A stretch of 63,981 bases of DNA, the filler included, from Halocafeteria seosinensis (lineage: Eukaryota), in assembly GCA_001687465.1 (NCBI GenBank). It is 6 parts of 6 records of this genome, joined end to end, with 100 filler letters (N's around TTAATTAATTAA, not from the genome) between each part and the next. Parts side by side here need not be neighbours in the genome. Positions count along the whole stretch, not along the records: positions 56,416 to 62,833 come from LVLI01000116.1; positions 62,934 to 63,981 come from LVLI01000232.1; 4 more parts are not named here. One strand, written 5' to 3'. Position 1 is the stretch's first letter, and each line of letters starts with the position of its first letter. Under the pieces are notes generated by a model. It had not been told where the DNA came from. It was given only the letters and a program-made list of their open reading frames with translations, and searched no databases. Both the position numbers and the translations under genes were made by a program. Of the stretch, positions 62,683 through 63,981 are shown piece after piece.

Positions 62683-62833
62683 GTACACACACAAATGTGA
62701 CAGATAGCCCACCGGCCGGGAAGTTGACCGCATCCTCTTAACGAGGAGCGGTATGCGCCCGTGTTAAGCAGCGACGGGCCCGCTGTTCCTGCAGCCTTGC
62801 TGACATGCGCCGTGAGGGAACACAGCACTGGTT
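62683..62833 (-). mobile_element. Family B retroposon copy running into the contig end
   Basis: Near-identical to 44240-44397. Confidence 0.8.
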
Positions 62834-62933
62834 NNNNNNNNNNNNNNNNNNNNNNNNNNNNNNNNNNNNNNNNNNNNTTAATTAATTAANNNNNNNNNNN
62901 NNNNNNNNNNNNNNNNNNNNNNNNNNNNNNNNN

Positions 62934-63215
62934 ATCTACTNCTTCGACAAAAAGATCTAAACATACTACGATGATTGCCACACACATTATCCATTTCAAA
63001 AGTCGTTTCCACGTTAAGGAGAAGAAGTATTCCCCAACCTGAACGTATTCTCCTACAGGCTTGCCCTTTAAAATACCGCGTCCCTTCATCTTTCCACCCC
63101 CGTCCTCAATATCTACACTGTGGTAATTACCTCCTATTGCATGCGTATGAGGGTATCCTCCCCCCACGTGATGCCTCATAACAGTTTGCGCAGAAATCCA
63201 CGATGATGCCTCCAC
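62934..63215 (-). CDS. Partial ORF with a hydrophobic segment, truncated by the linker
   Basis: KRLLKWIMCVAIIVVCLDLFVE is signal-anchor-like; function unknown. Confidence 0.3.
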
Positions 63216-63981
63216 AAACTCAGTACAAAGGTTACGAGGCAGGAGTGTTACTGATTCACTCCTGATAACCCCAAGGAGACGGTACGAAGTCGTCGTCGCC
63301 TGTTACAAGTCGCTGTCAAGGGACAAACAGAGTAATTTCTAGTTAGGTAGATGATACCATAAGTAAGGCAAGCCCTACCTTCACAAGGCGATTTGCTGTT
63401 GGTCTTCTGACTTCATACAGTTGTACAGTACCCAGTACGCATAAGGATCATAGTAAGTGGAAACAATTACAGTTTTGATACCAGAAACAACCAGTTATGT
63501 TGAATATTGTCAGTCGTCATCATCATCACTGTCATTATCGTCACCATGTGGCGTCGTGGCAGTAAGCTCAGCCGGTAAAGGAGGTGGTGGGGGGCACGGA
63601 ACAACTGAGTCGATGGAAGGACAATCCGTAGGTTCATAAGGCTGGGCGTCATCTCCATGTGTTTCGGGTTCCTGTATTTGAGCCAACTTCGACTCCGATT
63701 CGTCGCTGAGCAATTCCTCGATGTTGAACACTTGATTAGAGTCAATATGACATCGGTAAGGTATACGAGGTGGAGAGTCATCGGGCCATGCAACTGGATA
63801 ATGCAAACGAAAAGATGATATTGGAGGGACATTCACGCCTTCGGATATGATATTTTCCAGGCGCTTTGACCCAGATGCTTTGAAACGAGTCTGCAATCCT
63901 CTTGCTCGACGACAACAAAATATCCGATAAACCCCCGCCACTTCCCATTCTTCCGCGGATAGCCTGCAATTTCCTGAACCA

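Noticed and set aside
62934..63120. GRGI...EYVQVGEY segment as a possible Polinton/virophage protein
   Set aside because: Too short, host-like composition, and followed by a hydrophobic anchor; insufficient support

Overview
Eukaryotic, intron-containing (probably protist) draft-genome sequence. It consists of six pieces joined by five artificial 100-nt N-TTAATTAATTAA-N linkers, so adjacency across linkers is not reliable. Host genes: an SP-RING (PIAS/SIZ-like) protein, MTFP1/MTP18, a Ctr copper transporter, a canonical cytosolic Hsp70 beside a degenerate paralogue, a Niban/FAM129-like PH protein and a NIPA-family Mg2+ transporter with a 6-nt microexon. Accessory content: a duplicated Crinkler-like NTPase-REase-HhH gene, two MULE/SWIM relics (one with a chromodomain, one abutting the 3' half of a 5S rRNA gene), a disrupted sacsin/NO-VEIN-like GHKL ATPase, a Helitron-like relic and a family of 5'-truncated (TG)n-tailed retroposon copies with target-site duplications. 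The standout is an AT-rich, intronless block at ~46.4-48.6 kb encoding a virophage-type packaging ATPase, minor capsid (penton) protein and small basic core-like protein. It is contiguous with host-like DNA, which suggests an endogenous virophage cut off by the contig end. All family calls come from motif recognition by eye; no searches were run.
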